Translations under genes and position numbers: made by a program
Notes under the pieces: generated by a model
Seen by the model: the letters and a program-made list of their open reading frames with translations, nothing else
Told to the model about the DNA's origin: nothing
Databases searched by the model: none
Shown: one piece after another, positions 51,926 through 62,489 of the stretch
Numbering within the stretch: the first letter of the stretch is position 1
Layout: every line of letters begins with the position of its first letter
NCBI GenBank assembly: GCA_963807945.1
Contig: CAWEDT010000005.1
Span: 20,624-84,623 of the forward strand
Length of the DNA: 64,000 nucleotides
Direction of reading: 5' to 3'
Source: an uncultured Actinomycetes bacterium
Lineage (GTDB): Bacteria > Actinomycetota > Acidimicrobiia > IMCC26256 > PALSA-610

Positions 51926-52838
51926 CTAGCTCGTCTCCCTCTGCACCAACGGAACGACCTCCGTCATGAAGTGCTCGATCGTCTCCGGCGTCCCGAAGTC
52001 GGAGAACTGCAGTACGAAACCCTCGACGCCCCGGTTCACCTCCGCCGCGATCTCCTGTGCGACTTCGGTCGCGGTCCCTGCGATCACGCCGCCCCAGGTG
52101 CCGAAACGACGGTGCGCGGTTGCGATCACGTCGTCACGCGATGCCGCGTCGAGCGCGAGGCCGATCGGGTGCTGGGTCGAGATCGCGCGCGTTGCCGGCG
52201 AGCGGCCGGAGCTCGTCGATGCGGTCGAGCGCGTAGCCCGGGCAGTTCCACCAGTCGGCGAACTGCTCTACGAGCGGCATCGTGAGCTTGGGTCCGCCGC
52301 CACCGATGTGCACGGGAACGCGCGACTGCACCGGAACCGGCCGGCCGATCGCGCGCTTCAGCGTGTAGTGCGCGCCGGCGTAGTCGAACATCTCGCCCGC
52401 GAACATGAGGTCGAGGATCTCGAGCGTCTCCCGGAGCTTCGCGGCGCGCACCGCGGGCGGTTCCGGCCCGAACCCGTAGGTCTCGAGCTCGTCGGGCACC
52501 GAGCCCCAACCGATACCCAGCTCGAGCCGGCCGCCGGAGATCACGTCGAACGTCGCGGCCATCTTCGCGAGCAGCACCGGGTGGCGGAACGGATCGCACA
52601 ACACGAGATGGCCGATGCGGATCGTCGAGGTGCGCGCCGCGAGCGCGGTCGCGACCGTCCACCCTTCGAAGGTGTCGACTTCGGGTGCGCGCGGCGCGGC
52701 GAAGTGATCCATGAGCCACACCGAGTCGAAGCCGGCCGCTTCCGCTACGAGCGTGCGTTCGAGGATGCGGTCGAACGACATGCGCAGCTGCGGCAGATAG
52801 ATGCCAAACCACGCTTCCCGTATTTGGGTTTCGCTCAT
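51926..52838 (-). CDS. LLM-class flavin-dependent oxidoreductase (frameshifted)
   Basis: AEAAGFDSVWLMDH, FRHPVLLAKMAAT.D.ISGGRLELGIG, IGGGGPK. Confidence 0.9.
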
Positions 52839-52865
52839 CGAGCCCGAAGCTAGCGTCTCTCCCTT

Positions 52866-53606
52866 ATGGATCTCCGGGGTGCGGGCGCGATCGTGACCGG
52901 CGGCGCGAGTGGCATCGGCGCGGCGACGGTCAGCCAGTTGCAACAGGCCGGGGCGCGGGTCGCGGTGCTCGACCGGCACGACGCGCCCGCGGCCGACGCG
53001 TCGTTTCCGTGCGATGTCGGCGATGAGACCCAGCTCGTCGCGAGTGTCCAGGCCGCGGTCGAGTTCCTCCCGTCGATCGACGTCGCGATCGTCAACGCGG
53101 GCATCGGCGGGATGAGCCCGATCCTCGGCATGACCACCGACGAGTGGGATCGCGTGATGCGCGTGAATCTCCGCGGCGGCTTCATGACGCTGCGCGAGTG
53201 CGCGCGGGCGATGGTCGAACAGGAACGACCGGGCGCGATCGTCGCGATCACGAGCGTGTCCGGGTTCCTCACCGACCGATCGATGGCGCACTACTCCGTG
53301 TCGAAGGCGGGGCTCGCGGCGCTGGTGCGAGTCGCGGCCCGGGAGCTCGGACCCCACGGCATACGGGTGAATGGCGTCGCGCCGGGAACCACCGACACGC
53401 CGATGTTCGCGGCGACCGATCAGATGCAGGGGTACCGCGAGCGGGTCGCGGGCCGGGCTGCGCTGGGCCGAATCGGGTCCGCCGACGAAGTCGCCCAGGC
53501 GGTTGTGGCCGTGTGCGGGCTCGATTGGGTCACCGGCCAGATCGTCGCGGCCGATGGCGGCGTGTCGTTGGCCAGCCCGATCGACCCCATGGACTCGCTC
53601 TCATGA
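52866..53606 (+). CDS. SDR oxidoreductase
   Basis: TGGASGIG, NAG, YSVSK, IRVNGVAPG. Confidence 0.92.
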   Translation: MDLRGAGAIVTGGASGIGAATVSQLQQAGARVAVLDRHDAPAADASFPCDVGDETQLVASVQAAVEFLPSIDVAIVNAGIGGMSPILGMTTDEWDRVMRVNLRGGFMTLRECARAMVEQERPGAIVAITSVSGFLTDRSMAHYSVSKAGLAALVRVAARELGPHGIRVNGVAPGTTDTPMFAATDQMQGYRERVAGRAALGRIGSADEVAQAVVAVCGLDWVTGQIVAADGGVSLASPIDPMDSLS

Positions 53607-53616
53607 GATTCGGTTC

Positions 53617-54288
53617 GTGACCATCGAGGCGGTCGTCTTCGATTTCGACGGTTTGATGCTCGACACCGAGGTGCCGGTGTACGCCGCCTGGTGCGCCGCG
53701 TTCGAGTCGTACGGCGCGACGCCGCCGACGCTCGAAGAGTGGGGCGTCATCATCGGCACCGACTCCGATGATCAGGAGCTCCTCGACCTGCTGCATGCCC
53801 GCGCCGCCCGTCCGGTCGACCTCGACGAGATGCACGCCGAACGCCGCGCCCACCGAGACGCGCTGCTCGCGGCCGAGGACGTGCTGCCGGGTGTCACGAC
53901 CTGGATCGCCGACGCCACCGCCGCCGGTTTCGGCATCGCGATCGCGTCGAGCTCTCCCGACGACTGGGTGCTCGGGCATCTCGACCGGCTGGGTTTGCGT
54001 GGCCACTTCGAGCACGTGATGTGTGCGGGCGAGCTGCGCGCAGGCAAGCCCGCGCCCGATACCTATCTCGCCGCGTGCGCGGCGCTCGGGGTCAATGTCG
54101 ATCGCGCGCTCGCGGTCGAAGATTCGGCGAACGGCGTCGCCGCCGCGAAGACCGCGGGCCTGTGGTGTGTCGTGGTCCCGAACGCAATGACGCGATCACT
54201 CGACCTGTCGGCCGCCGACCTGCGCCTCGGCTCCCTCGCCGATTGTTCACTCCACGACGCAATCGCACGCCTCGGCGCGCGGTCGTGA
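53617..54288 (+). CDS. HAD-family phosphatase
   Basis: FDFDGLMLDTE, IASSS, KPAPDTY, VEDSANG. Confidence 0.92.
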   Translation: MTIEAVVFDFDGLMLDTEVPVYAAWCAAFESYGATPPTLEEWGVIIGTDSDDQELLDLLHARAARPVDLDEMHAERRAHRDALLAAEDVLPGVTTWIADATAAGFGIAIASSSPDDWVLGHLDRLGLRGHFEHVMCAGELRAGKPAPDTYLAACAALGVNVDRALAVEDSANGVAAAKTAGLWCVVVPNAMTRSLDLSAADLRLGSLADCSLHDAIARLGARS

Positions 54289-54298
54289 GCGACCAGAG

Positions 54299-55360
54299 CT
54301 AACAGCGGCCACCCCAGGGCGCGTTGCCCTGCCACTGGTAGAGCGCCCATGCCATCTCGTCCTGGTCGTACTCCGACGCGGCCGATGGCAACACGCCCAC
54401 CAGATCGAGCCGGCCCGCGTGGCTGGATGTCACGTCCCAGGTCGTGGGGGCGAACTGGTAGGCGCCGTAGTAGCCGCTCGCGCTGACGACGGTGTAGTCG
54501 CCCGCGCTCTCTCGGGTGCGGGTGCAGACCAGGAACGGGTCGTTGTGGTGCGGGCTGACCCGACCCGAGCTGGGCGGCGGCGTGACGGTGACCGGGGCGG
54601 TGGTCTCGACCGGCGTCGTCGGCGCCGGAGTGGCCGTCGCGGTTGCGCTCACTGCTCGAGTCACTGCTCGAGTGGAGCGCCGATGCGACCCGGGTGCGTC
54701 CGATCTCGGCCGCGAGCACGGTGCGATTGGCCGCGCGTCGTGGAGCGGAGCTGGAGGGTCGCGAGCTGGGCGTCGAGTGTCTTGCGCCGCGAGTCGAGCT
54801 CGTGCAGCGTCTTGGTGAGATCGGAGCGGGCATGGCTGAGGTCGTCGCGGCGGGCGGTGAGGTCGGCCACCGACGAGCTCAACTCGTCGATCGAGTGCTG
54901 GCTCTCGGCGTCGGCCTGCCCGATCGAGCGCGGCCCGGCGGCCGATCTCCAGGGGATCGTTGCCGAACGGCATGGTGCCGAGCCCCTGGGTGCTGTCCTC
55001 GTAGATCTGCACCGCGCGCTGGTCGGCGATCTTGCGGATTCGGTCGACGCGGTGCTCCTCGTCGGAGAGGGTCTTGGAGAGCAACTCGATCTGGTTGTCG
55101 AGATTGGCGGAGTGGGCCTGCGCCGCGAACCATTGGTTGGCCGTCGCGTCGATCGAGCTGCGGAGGCTCGAGAGCGACGACTCCTGCGCCGACGCCATCG
55201 CGGGCACGCCGGCGAGCGCGAGCGCGATGACGGACGCGAGCGCGGTGGCTCGAGTGAGTGATGTCGTTCGCGACAGCGCGATGGCAATGCGGTGCTTAGC
55301 TACGCGGTGCTCCGCCGCACCTGCGCTGCCTCCGACACGACCTGGGAGGGGCCGGGGCAT
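54299..55360 (-). CDS. Secreted coiled-coil protein with C-terminal Rpf/SceD-like lytic transglycosylase domain (compensating frameshifts; start uncertain)
   Basis: Signal peptide (..MASA-QE), coiled coil, Thr/Pro linker, CTRTRESAGDY..GYYGAYQF..TTW..QDEMA..QGNAPW. Confidence 0.8.
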   Translation of the reverse strand: MPRPLPGRVGGSAGAAEHRVAKHRIAIALSRTTSLTRATALASVIALALAGVPAMASAQESSLSSLRSSIDATANQWFAAQAHSANLDNQIELLSKTLSDEEHRVDRIRKIADQRAVQIYEDSTQGLGTMPFGNDPLEIGRRAALDRAGRRREPALDRRVELVGGRPHRPPRRPQPCPLRSHQDAARARLAAQDTRRPARDPPAPLHDARPIAPCSRPRSDAPGSHRRSTRAVTRAVSATATATPAPTTPVETTAPVTVTPPPSSGRVSPHHNDPFLVCTRTRESAGDYTVVSASGYYGAYQFAPTTWDVTSSHAGRLDLVGVLPSAASEYDQDEMAWALYQWQGNAPWGGRC

Positions 55361-55519
55361 GCGCGAAGGACGCTAAGTGAATCCCCCCCGTGTAAGCGAG
55401 TCTTGATCTCACGCAGTGTGGCGATCGTTGGACGAAATGCGAGAACCCGCAGATGAGCCGCATATTGAGCGGGCCAAAGAAATTTCCGCCCCGTGGGTCA
55501 GATGTCCGGTGCGCGGCAA

Positions 55520-56293
55520 TCACGCGATGGTCGCGCCGCCCTCTACTGCCAGTGTCGACCCCGTCAGATGTCGTGCATCATCGCTCAAGAGAAATACCGC
55601 GACGTCGCCGATGTCTTCGGGTTGCGCGTAACGACCGAGCGGCACCGTGCGACGCGCGCGTTGTTGCGCTTCTTCGCTCGCGAACACACCGCCGGTCATC
55701 GGTGTGTCGACACCGCCGGGACAAACGCAGTTCGCCGCGCACGCCGTGCGGTCCGTACTGCACCGCGAGCAAACGCGTGCAGCGCGTCGACGCCACCTTT
55801 GCTCGCGCTGTAACCCGCGCCTTGGCCGTGACCGCGAATCGCCGCGGTCGACGCGATCGTGACGATCGCGCCACCGCCGTCCATCAGTTGCGGAAGCGCG
55901 TGTTTGATCACTGCGAACGTGCCGATCAAGTTCACGCTGAGTACCACCATGAAGTCTTCGACCGATACTTCGTGGGCAAGCCGGAGATCGGGTCCGTGGA
56001 AAATGCCCGCCGCGGTAACGACGCCGGCGACACGACCGAGGTCCGTATTCACCGCGTGCCACGGTCGCCGCGACCGACGCGTCGTCGGCGACGTCGCACG
56101 CATACGCGCTCGGCGTTCCCACCGGCGGCGCGGATCATGGCGACGGTCTCCTCGGCGTTCTGCGCGTGGCGGTCGAGCACACCCACCGCCGCGCCTTCGC
56201 GGGCCCGCGGAGTGCCGTCGCCCGACCGATTCCGCTCCCGCCGCCGGTGACGATCACCGTCTGACCAGCCAATTTTCCTGTGCCGTCGCTCAT
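55520..56293 (-). CDS. SDR oxidoreductase (frameshifted)
   Basis: VIVTGGGSGIG, VNLIG, YSASKGG, NCVCPGGVDT, PLGRYAQPEDI. Confidence 0.82.
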
Positions 56294-56381
56294 GGCAGCG
56301 GAGCGTACGAGGCCCTTAGGGTGACACGCATGTCACACACCATCGGGAACGAGGGGTCCGGCGAACACGGAAGCGGCCGGG

Positions 56382-57137
56382 ATGCACGCGGTCGACGGCA
56401 AGGTCGTCATCATCACCGGGTCGGGCAAGGGGATCGGGAAGGGCATGGCGCTGCACCTCGGGAAGGGCGGGGCGCAGATCGTGGTGGCCGAGTGGAAGGA
56501 AGCGCTCATGGCGCAGACCTGCGCCGAGCTCGACCAGTTGGGCATCACGAATCACGGCGTCGTCTGCGACATCCAACAGCGCGATCAGATCGACGCGATG
56601 GTGGCGCAGACGATCGAGCGATTCGGCCGCGTCGACGGGTTGATCAACAACGCGCAAACGTTTCGTCCGCTCTCACCGATCGCGGACGTGAGTGAAGACG
56701 ACGTCGACGTGTTCTACGACTCGGGCGTGAAGGGAACGCTTGTGGGCGATGCAAGCGGTCTACCCGCACATCCGCGCGCAGGGATGGGGTCGCATCGTCA
56801 ACTTCGCGTCGTCGATGGGCATTACCGGTGGTGCCGGGTTCGCCGCGTACAACGCGTCGAAGGAAGCGATCCGCGCACTCACGCGCACCGCGCGCGCGAG
56901 TGGGCGATCGACGGCATCGTCGTGAACGCGATCGCGCCCGCGGCCGCGACGCATCACGGAGACGCGGGCAAGGTGAGTGAGGGCTATCGCATCTTCATCG
57001 AGAACTGTCCGATGAAGCGCCAAGGTGATCCGGAGCTCGACATCGGTCCGCTGGCCTGGTTCCTGTGCTCCGACGCGTGTCGCTATCTGACCGGTCACAC
57101 GTTCATGGCCGACGGCGGCGCGTTCATGTGGGCGTGA
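56382..57137 (+). CDS. SDR oxidoreductase (compensating frameshifts)
   Basis: ITGSGKGIG, INNA, YNASKEA, VNAIAP. Confidence 0.85.
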   Translation: MHAVDGKVVIITGSGKGIGKGMALHLGKGGAQIVVAEWKEALMAQTCAELDQLGITNHGVVCDIQQRDQIDAMVAQTIERFGRVDGLINNAQTFRPLSPIADVSEDDVDVFYDSGVKGTLVGDASGLPAHPRAGMGSHRQLRVVDGHYRWCRVRRVQRVEGSDPRTHAHRAREWAIDGIVVNAIAPAAATHHGDAGKVSEGYRIFIENCPMKRQGDPELDIGPLAWFLCSDACRYLTGHTFMADGGAFMWA

Positions 57138-57736
57138 ACGAACCCTCGAACGCGCCGATCGGTGGCGCGGTGGCGCTGGCGGCCGAGGGATTTCGGTTCG
57201 TCGTTCCCGTCGAACCGAGGGCCGACGACTTCGACGCGCAAGGCCACCTCAACAATGCGTCGACCGTGCGGCTGTTCAACGATCTCCGCGGCGCGTACGT
57301 GCGCAACGAGGTAGGCGACGGATTCATCGAGATGCTCCGACGCGATCGACTCGTTGTCGCGGCCCGCGAAGTGCACGTGCTCTACGAGTCGGAGGGGCTC
57401 CCGGGCGAGCAGTTCGTCGGGGCCATGCGCTACCTGCGGCGCGAGGGGAAGGCGGCGGTGTTGGAGCAGCGTCTGGTCGAGGCGACGAACGGGCGGGGCG
57501 TGGCCCGGGCCTGGGTCGTGCAGCTCCTCGTGCAGGACGGCAAGGTCATCGAGTGGCCCGACGTCTATTTCTCCCGGGTCGCCGACACAGAGGGTCGCCC
57601 GATCCCGATCGGACCCCGCCGGTCGCCCGAGGAGTGGGGCCCGCCGCCTCTCGTAAACTGGCACCGATTTAGACGCCGAGCATCCGTCAGCATGGCGCCC
57701 AGTGCCTCGACCGCACGCGGCACGGCCACGTCGTAG
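57134..57736 (+). CDS. Acyl-CoA thioesterase (4HBT/YbgC family; 3' end uncertain)
   Basis: PRADDFDAQGHLNNA hotdog motif; GTGA overlap with the SDR stop. Confidence 0.75.
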   Translation: MNEPSNAPIGGAVALAAEGFRFVVPVEPRADDFDAQGHLNNASTVRLFNDLRGAYVRNEVGDGFIEMLRRDRLVVAAREVHVLYESEGLPGEQFVGAMRYLRREGKAAVLEQRLVEATNGRGVARAWVVQLLVQDGKVIEWPDVYFSRVADTEGRPIPIGPRRSPEEWGPPPLVNWHRFRRRASVSMAPSASTARGTATS

Positions 57737-58500
57737 CCCTCGGCGGTGATCGCGGCGCCGATCAGCTCGAGGTCGAACACGCCCGCGTAACCGGCGTCGA
57801 TCACGTGCCCGAGGATCCGCGCGATCGGAACGTCGCCGTCGCCGGGTACGAGCCGTTGCGACGACGCGATGGTGCCGACCTTGAAGTCGCTCACCTGCAC
57901 GAGCCGGATGCGGTCGACGCCGGCGCGGATCGTCTCCGCGAGCCCGCGTTCGGCCCAGCACACGTTCAGCTCCATGCACACACCCGTGTCGAGTCGTCAC
58001 GCGAGGTCGATCGCGTCGCGCAGCGTGTGCACGAAGCCCACGTCGACGCGCAGAGAGTTCGTGTGCTCGATCGCGAACGGAACCTTGCGTTCGCGCGCGA
58101 CCTGCAATACCGGCTTCAACGCGAGCTCGAGCGCGTCGGCCGCCTCTTCCCACGACAACGGCGCGAACGGACCCGTGGTGAACACCATGCACTCGGCGCC
58201 CACTGCGACCGCGGTGTCGAGCGTGTGCAGGAGCCGCTCTTGTTGCTTCGCCCACTGCGCGGGATCGGCGAGATGGAACGGTCCGAGGCCGATGAGGTTC
58301 GCGACCCGCAAACCGTGGGCAACCGCGTCGGCGACGAGCCGGGTTCCCTCGACCCATCCGAACCGCTCGAGCTTGGCGACCGACACGCCGACAGTGTCGA
58401 TGTCGTGCGCGGCCCAGAACGCGAGGTCTTCGTCGAGCGCGAGACCGAACGTGGAGATCGCGCTCACGCACGCACGCGGATGCATCGTCAACGTGGTCAT
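57565..58500 (-). CDS. Sugar phosphate isomerase/epimerase (xylose isomerase-like TIM barrel; frameshifted)
   Basis: FAIEHTN, VQVSD, RLVPGDGDVP, GYAGVFDLELIG. Confidence 0.8.
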
Positions 58501-58513
58501 CCGAGAGTGCCAG

Positions 58514-59282
58514 TCATCCGAGGGTAAGGGCGCGGGCGTTGCTGCTGCCGCCGTCGAGTTGGAGGTTGATGCCGGTGACGAATTCCGATTCACGGCTCGC
58601 GAGATACACGGCCACGTACGCGACGTCGGCGGCGGCACCGAGCCGGGTGAGGTGCATGCCCTCGAAGCGCGCCCGCCGTTCGGGAGTGATGTCGGCATCG
58701 CGCCGATCGTTGAGCACGTAACCCGGGCTGATCGTGTTGCAACGGATGCCGGCATCGGCGTAGTCGACTGCGATCGCACGGGTCAGCCCGTTGAGCCCGG
58801 CCTTCGCGGCCACGTACGCCGCGAGCCCGCGGCTTGCGCGTTCGGCCTGGCGGCTCGACATGTTGACGATCGATCCGTGAGCCGGCGCGCTGCATGTGCG
58901 GGATCGCGGCGCGGGCGCACCACATCGGAGCCGTGAGATCGACGCGCAGGATCGCATCCCAGGCATCGGTACCGAGATCGCCGATCGCCGCGTCGGTGGC
59001 ATCGCCGCCCGCCGCATTGTTCACGAGCACGGTGAGTCCCTGCATCTGATCGGCGGCCGCATCGACGAGCCCGGTGGTCGCGACCTCGTCGCCGAGATCG
59101 GCCGCGATGAACACGGAGGTGCCGCCCGCGGCCGTGATCTCCGCGACGACCGCGTCGCCGCGGGTTTGGTCGCGTCCGGTCACGACGACTGTTGCACCCT
59201 CTCTCGCGAACTCGACGGCGATCGCGCGCCCGATGCCCGACGTCGAGCCGGTAATCACCGCCTTCTCCCCAGCCAGTCGCAC
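58514..59282 (-). CDS. SDR oxidoreductase (frameshifted)
   Basis: ITGSTSGIG, LVNNA, YVAAKAG, IRCNTISPG, VTG..LDGG. Confidence 0.87.
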
Positions 59283-59333
59283 GAATCGACGTTACCGGCT
59301 CAACGTTTCGGGCGTCCCGTGACTTAGGGGAGC

Positions 59334-59828
59334 ATGAGGGTCGTGGCGGAGATCGACTTCGACGAGTGGTACGCCGACCAACGGCCGCGCGTCTATCTCT
59401 CGTTGCTCGCGTTGTCGGGCGACGCCGATCTCGCGGCGGAGGCCACCGACGAAGCGTTCACGCGAGCGGTCGCGCATTGGAAGCGCGTACGCGTGATGGA
59501 GTCGCCGGGTGGGTGGACGCAACGCGTCGCGCTCAACGTGTTGCGGCGCCGATTGCGCCGGCGCCGGTTCGAGACCCGATTGCTCCCGCGCCTGGCCGGC
59601 GCCGAGCACGAAGTGATGCCGACCGGTGAGGTCTGGGACATCGTCCGCGCGCTGCCCGAGCGTCAGCGCGTCGCGGTCGTGCTGCGCTACGTCGCCGATC
59701 TCACCGAGCCCGATATCGCGATCGCGATGGGGATCGCACGCGGAACCGTTGCGTCGACACTCGCCGCGGCGCGGGAGCGGTTAGCCGGCGTACTGGCCAG
59801 TGACGGGATCGAGGAGGACGTGCGATGA
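59334..59828 (+). CDS. ECF sigma factor (SigE-like)
   Basis: AEATDEAFTRAVAHW, LPERQRVAVVLRY.ADL..IA..MG...GTV.S.L..AR. Confidence 0.88.
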   Translation: MRVVAEIDFDEWYADQRPRVYLSLLALSGDADLAAEATDEAFTRAVAHWKRVRVMESPGGWTQRVALNVLRRRLRRRRFETRLLPRLAGAEHEVMPTGEVWDIVRALPERQRVAVVLRYVADLTEPDIAIAMGIARGTVASTLAAARERLAGVLASDGIEEDVR

Positions 59829-60832
59829 ACGTGTTGGAGCGGTCGGTCGAAGAGGAGTTGGCAGCGCGTTCCCGAAGGGCCGCCGGCCGATGAGCTGCGC
59901 CGGCGCGCGCATTCGCCGCGCTCGCCGCTCCGGATCGGTCGTCGCGGGTCGCGATCGTGTTCGCAGTCGTCGCGCTGGTCGCGACACGCCAGTCGCCCGC
60001 GACCCATGAGGTGCGGGTGTCCGGACCGGCGCCCACCGAATCGTCGATACCCGGGACCGTCGTCACGCCGGCGACCATCCCGCTCGCGACAGAGGCCCAG
60101 TTTCCTCCGCTCTCGAAGATGATTGCGTCGCTCACCGGGACGGTACGGAGCAACGCAGATCCCAAAGCTGTCGTCGAGAACCCGACTTCGGCCGAGATTG
60201 TGGCGACGACTGATACCAAGGCATACGCGATTTGGGGCGGTACGCGCGACGACAAGCCGATCTTCGTCGCGCAGGTAACCGGCGAGTTCGTTTGTCAGGA
60301 GTGCCAAGGGATCCGAAGGGCCGGAGACCTGCCCCGCACTGGCCGAGTGCTCCAGGTGGGATTCGACAGCACTGGCACCGCCACTGACTTCGGATTCGGC
60401 GACCAACCGGCGGATCTCTCCAAACTCGGGACCGTGTACCGACTTGACCTGACACCGCCGCTGGCAACGACTACAGAGTTTCCGCCGCTGGAGAAAATCA
60501 TCAACAACGTCGCCGGCGAGGTGACAGCCAACAGCGATCCGAATGCCGTCGTGAAAGCACCCATCTCCGCCGAGATCGTCGCGACCACCGATACCCGGGC
60601 GTGGGCGATTTGGGGTGGCACGAAGACCGGCAAGCCGATCTACGTCGTCCAGGTCACCGGCGAGTTCGTATGCAACGGCTGCTCTCGGCCGGCTACCGCG
60701 ACCACGGGCATTCACGGCACCGCGCTCCAAGTGTTCTTCGACGCTTCTGGTGGCGGCTTCGGCATGGGTATGTCGCCGGAACCGAAGGATTTGAGCGGAC
60801 TCGGAAAGGTGTACCGACTGCCGCTCCCGTGA
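59825..60832 (+). CDS. Putative anti-sigma membrane protein with a tandemly duplicated extracytoplasmic domain (frameshift in the 5' part)
   Basis: ATGA overlap with the sigma stop; Arg-rich stretch, TM, then two ~125-aa repeats. Confidence 0.7.
60080..60829 (+). repeat. Internal tandem duplication (period 378 nt)
   Basis: FPPL..DP.AVV..P.SAEIVATTDT.A.AIWGGT...KPI.V.QVTGEFVCxxC..LQV.FD..DLS.LG.VYRL occurs twice. Confidence 0.9.
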
Positions 60833-60912
60833 CCCGAATTGTCATCAGAAGCAGGAACGCGGCGTCACGCGCCGCGTTCGTACATCTGATGGACTTTTGG
60901 GAGGGTGTCGGG

Positions 60913-61878
60913 CTACCGAGTCTCCCCGGGGAGCAGGGTAAGCACCTCTACTCCCGTCGCGGTCACGAGCAGGCTGTGCTCGAACTGCGCGGAGCGCGAG
61001 CCGTCACGCGTCGGTGCTGTCCACCCGTCGGGCCAGATGCGGCCGAGGTCCCACGAGCCTTCGTTGATCATGGGCTCGATCGTGAACGTCATACCTGGCT
61101 CGATCACCGTGTCGGCGTGCGGGTCGTAGAAGTGCGGGACCGACGGCGAGGTGTGGAACACCTCACCCACGCCGTGCCCCACGAACGCGCGCACGACGCT
61201 GAAGCCGTTCTCTTCCGCGTGCGTTTGGATCGCGCGGCCGATGTCGTAGATCCGGCCGCCGGGCTTCACCGCGTCGATGCCCTTCCACAAGCACTCGTAC
61301 GTCGTAGAGACGAGATGACGGCCGATGGGGTCGACGTCGCCGACGAGGAACGTCTCGCTGCAGTCGCCATGCACACCGTGGAGATAGATGGTGACGTCGC
61401 AGTTGACGATCTCACCGTCGGAAAGCGGACGGTCGTCGGGGATCCCGTGACAGATGATTTCGTTCACCGACGTGCACAGCGACTTCGGGTAGCCCTTGTA
61501 ATCGAGCGTGCTCGGGTAGCCGCCCCGTGCGATGTACGCCTCGTGACAGATCCGGTCGAGCTCGTCGGTCGTGACGCCGGCTCTGACCGCGGCGCCCACC
61601 TCGAGGAGCACTTCGCGTGCGGCGCGGCCCGCGGCGCGCATGCGATCGGGAATCTCGTCGGGCGGGACCGCCGGCATCAGCGCCGGTGCATCGGGCGCGT
61701 ACGGCGGCCGCGGAATGTCGGCCGGGACCGACCGGTGCGGCGAGAGTCGCCCCGCGCGCACGGGCGTGCGTCGCGGCGCGTCGGTCGCAACGGCACCTTC
61801 GGCATGACTCGTTCCGGATCGGCGCGCGGCCGCACTGCGTCGCCGAGCCAGCTTCTCGCGCTCTTGTCGCTTTCCCAC
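60913..61878 (-). CDS. map: Type I methionyl aminopeptidase
   Basis: [42 protein letters not shown]. Confidence 0.95.
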   Translation of the reverse strand: MGKRQEREKLARRRSAAARRSGTSHAEGAVATDAPRRTPVRAGRLSPHRSVPADIPRPPYAPDAPALMPAVPPDEIPDRMRAAGRAAREVLLEVGAAVRAGVTTDELDRICHEAYIARGGYPSTLDYKGYPKSLCTSVNEIICHGIPDDRPLSDGEIVNCDVTIYLHGVHGDCSETFLVGDVDPIGRHLVSTTYECLWKGIDAVKPGGRIYDIGRAIQTHAEENGFSVVRAFVGHGVGEVFHTSPSVPHFYDPHADTVIEPGMTFTIEPMINEGSWDLGRIWPDGWTAPTRDGSRSAQFEHSLLVTATGVEVLTLLPGETR

Positions 61879-61964
61879 ACCTGTATTCTGCCCGCTCCTC
61901 GATCACCAGCGGTCACTCGCCAAAATGCTTCCACCGAGAGCCGGTTCCACCTAGAGGAGGTGCG

Positions 61965-62453
61965 GTGCGTCAGTCATGGCTCAGCCCGCTCGCAGTCACT
62001 CGTACCGCGGGCGCCAAAGGCCGGGGAGTCTTCGCCGTCGAGGCGATCCCCGCCAACACCACGGTGGCCGGTTTCGGCGGCCATGTCGTGACCCGCTCCG
62101 AGTTGAGCGACCTCGACCATGAGGTCCAGATCCACGCGCTCCAGATCGACGACGACCTCTTTCTCGCGAGCGCCCTCCCCTTCGACGACGCCGACTACGT
62201 GAACCACTCGTGTGAGCCGAACTGCGGGATCGTGGGCTCCGTCCTCCTCGTCACCATGCGCGCCGTCGACGCGGGCGAGGAGCTCTGCTTCGACTACGCC
62301 ATGACCGACACCGATGACTACGACGAGTTCGCGTGCTCGTGCGGAACGCCGAGCTGTCGCAATGTGGTCTCGGGCGCCGATTGGAAAGAACCCGAGCTGC
62401 GGGATCGGTACCGCGGTTGGTGCTCCACCTACATCGAGCGCCTCATCTCCTGA
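61965..62453 (+). CDS. SET-domain protein-lysine methyltransferase with post-SET cysteines
   Basis: GRGVFA, NHSCEPN, GEELCFDY, CSCGTPSCR; SD GAGGAGG. Confidence 0.9.
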   Translation: MRQSWLSPLAVTRTAGAKGRGVFAVEAIPANTTVAGFGGHVVTRSELSDLDHEVQIHALQIDDDLFLASALPFDDADYVNHSCEPNCGIVGSVLLVTMRAVDAGEELCFDYAMTDTDDYDEFACSCGTPSCRNVVSGADWKEPELRDRYRGWCSTYIERLIS

Positions 62454-62489
62454 CCGCTTGATCTCCCGCGGGGCATTACCGTCGGGATC

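Noticed and set aside
55360-55520. c-di-AMP (ydaO) riboswitch upstream of the Rpf-like gene
   Set aside because: I could not find the characteristic ydaO sequence blocks; an Infernal/Rfam scan would settle it.
985-60000. Numerous frameshifts (fliI, fliF, fliD, flgN, hisH/F-like, ALDH, SDRs and others) read as pseudogenes, phase variation or programmed frameshifting
   Set aside because: Indels are scattered across unrelated genes, are often compensating, show no shared slippery or homopolymer tract and come without accumulated in-frame stops. Long-read or assembly error is the most likely cause; read polishing would confirm.
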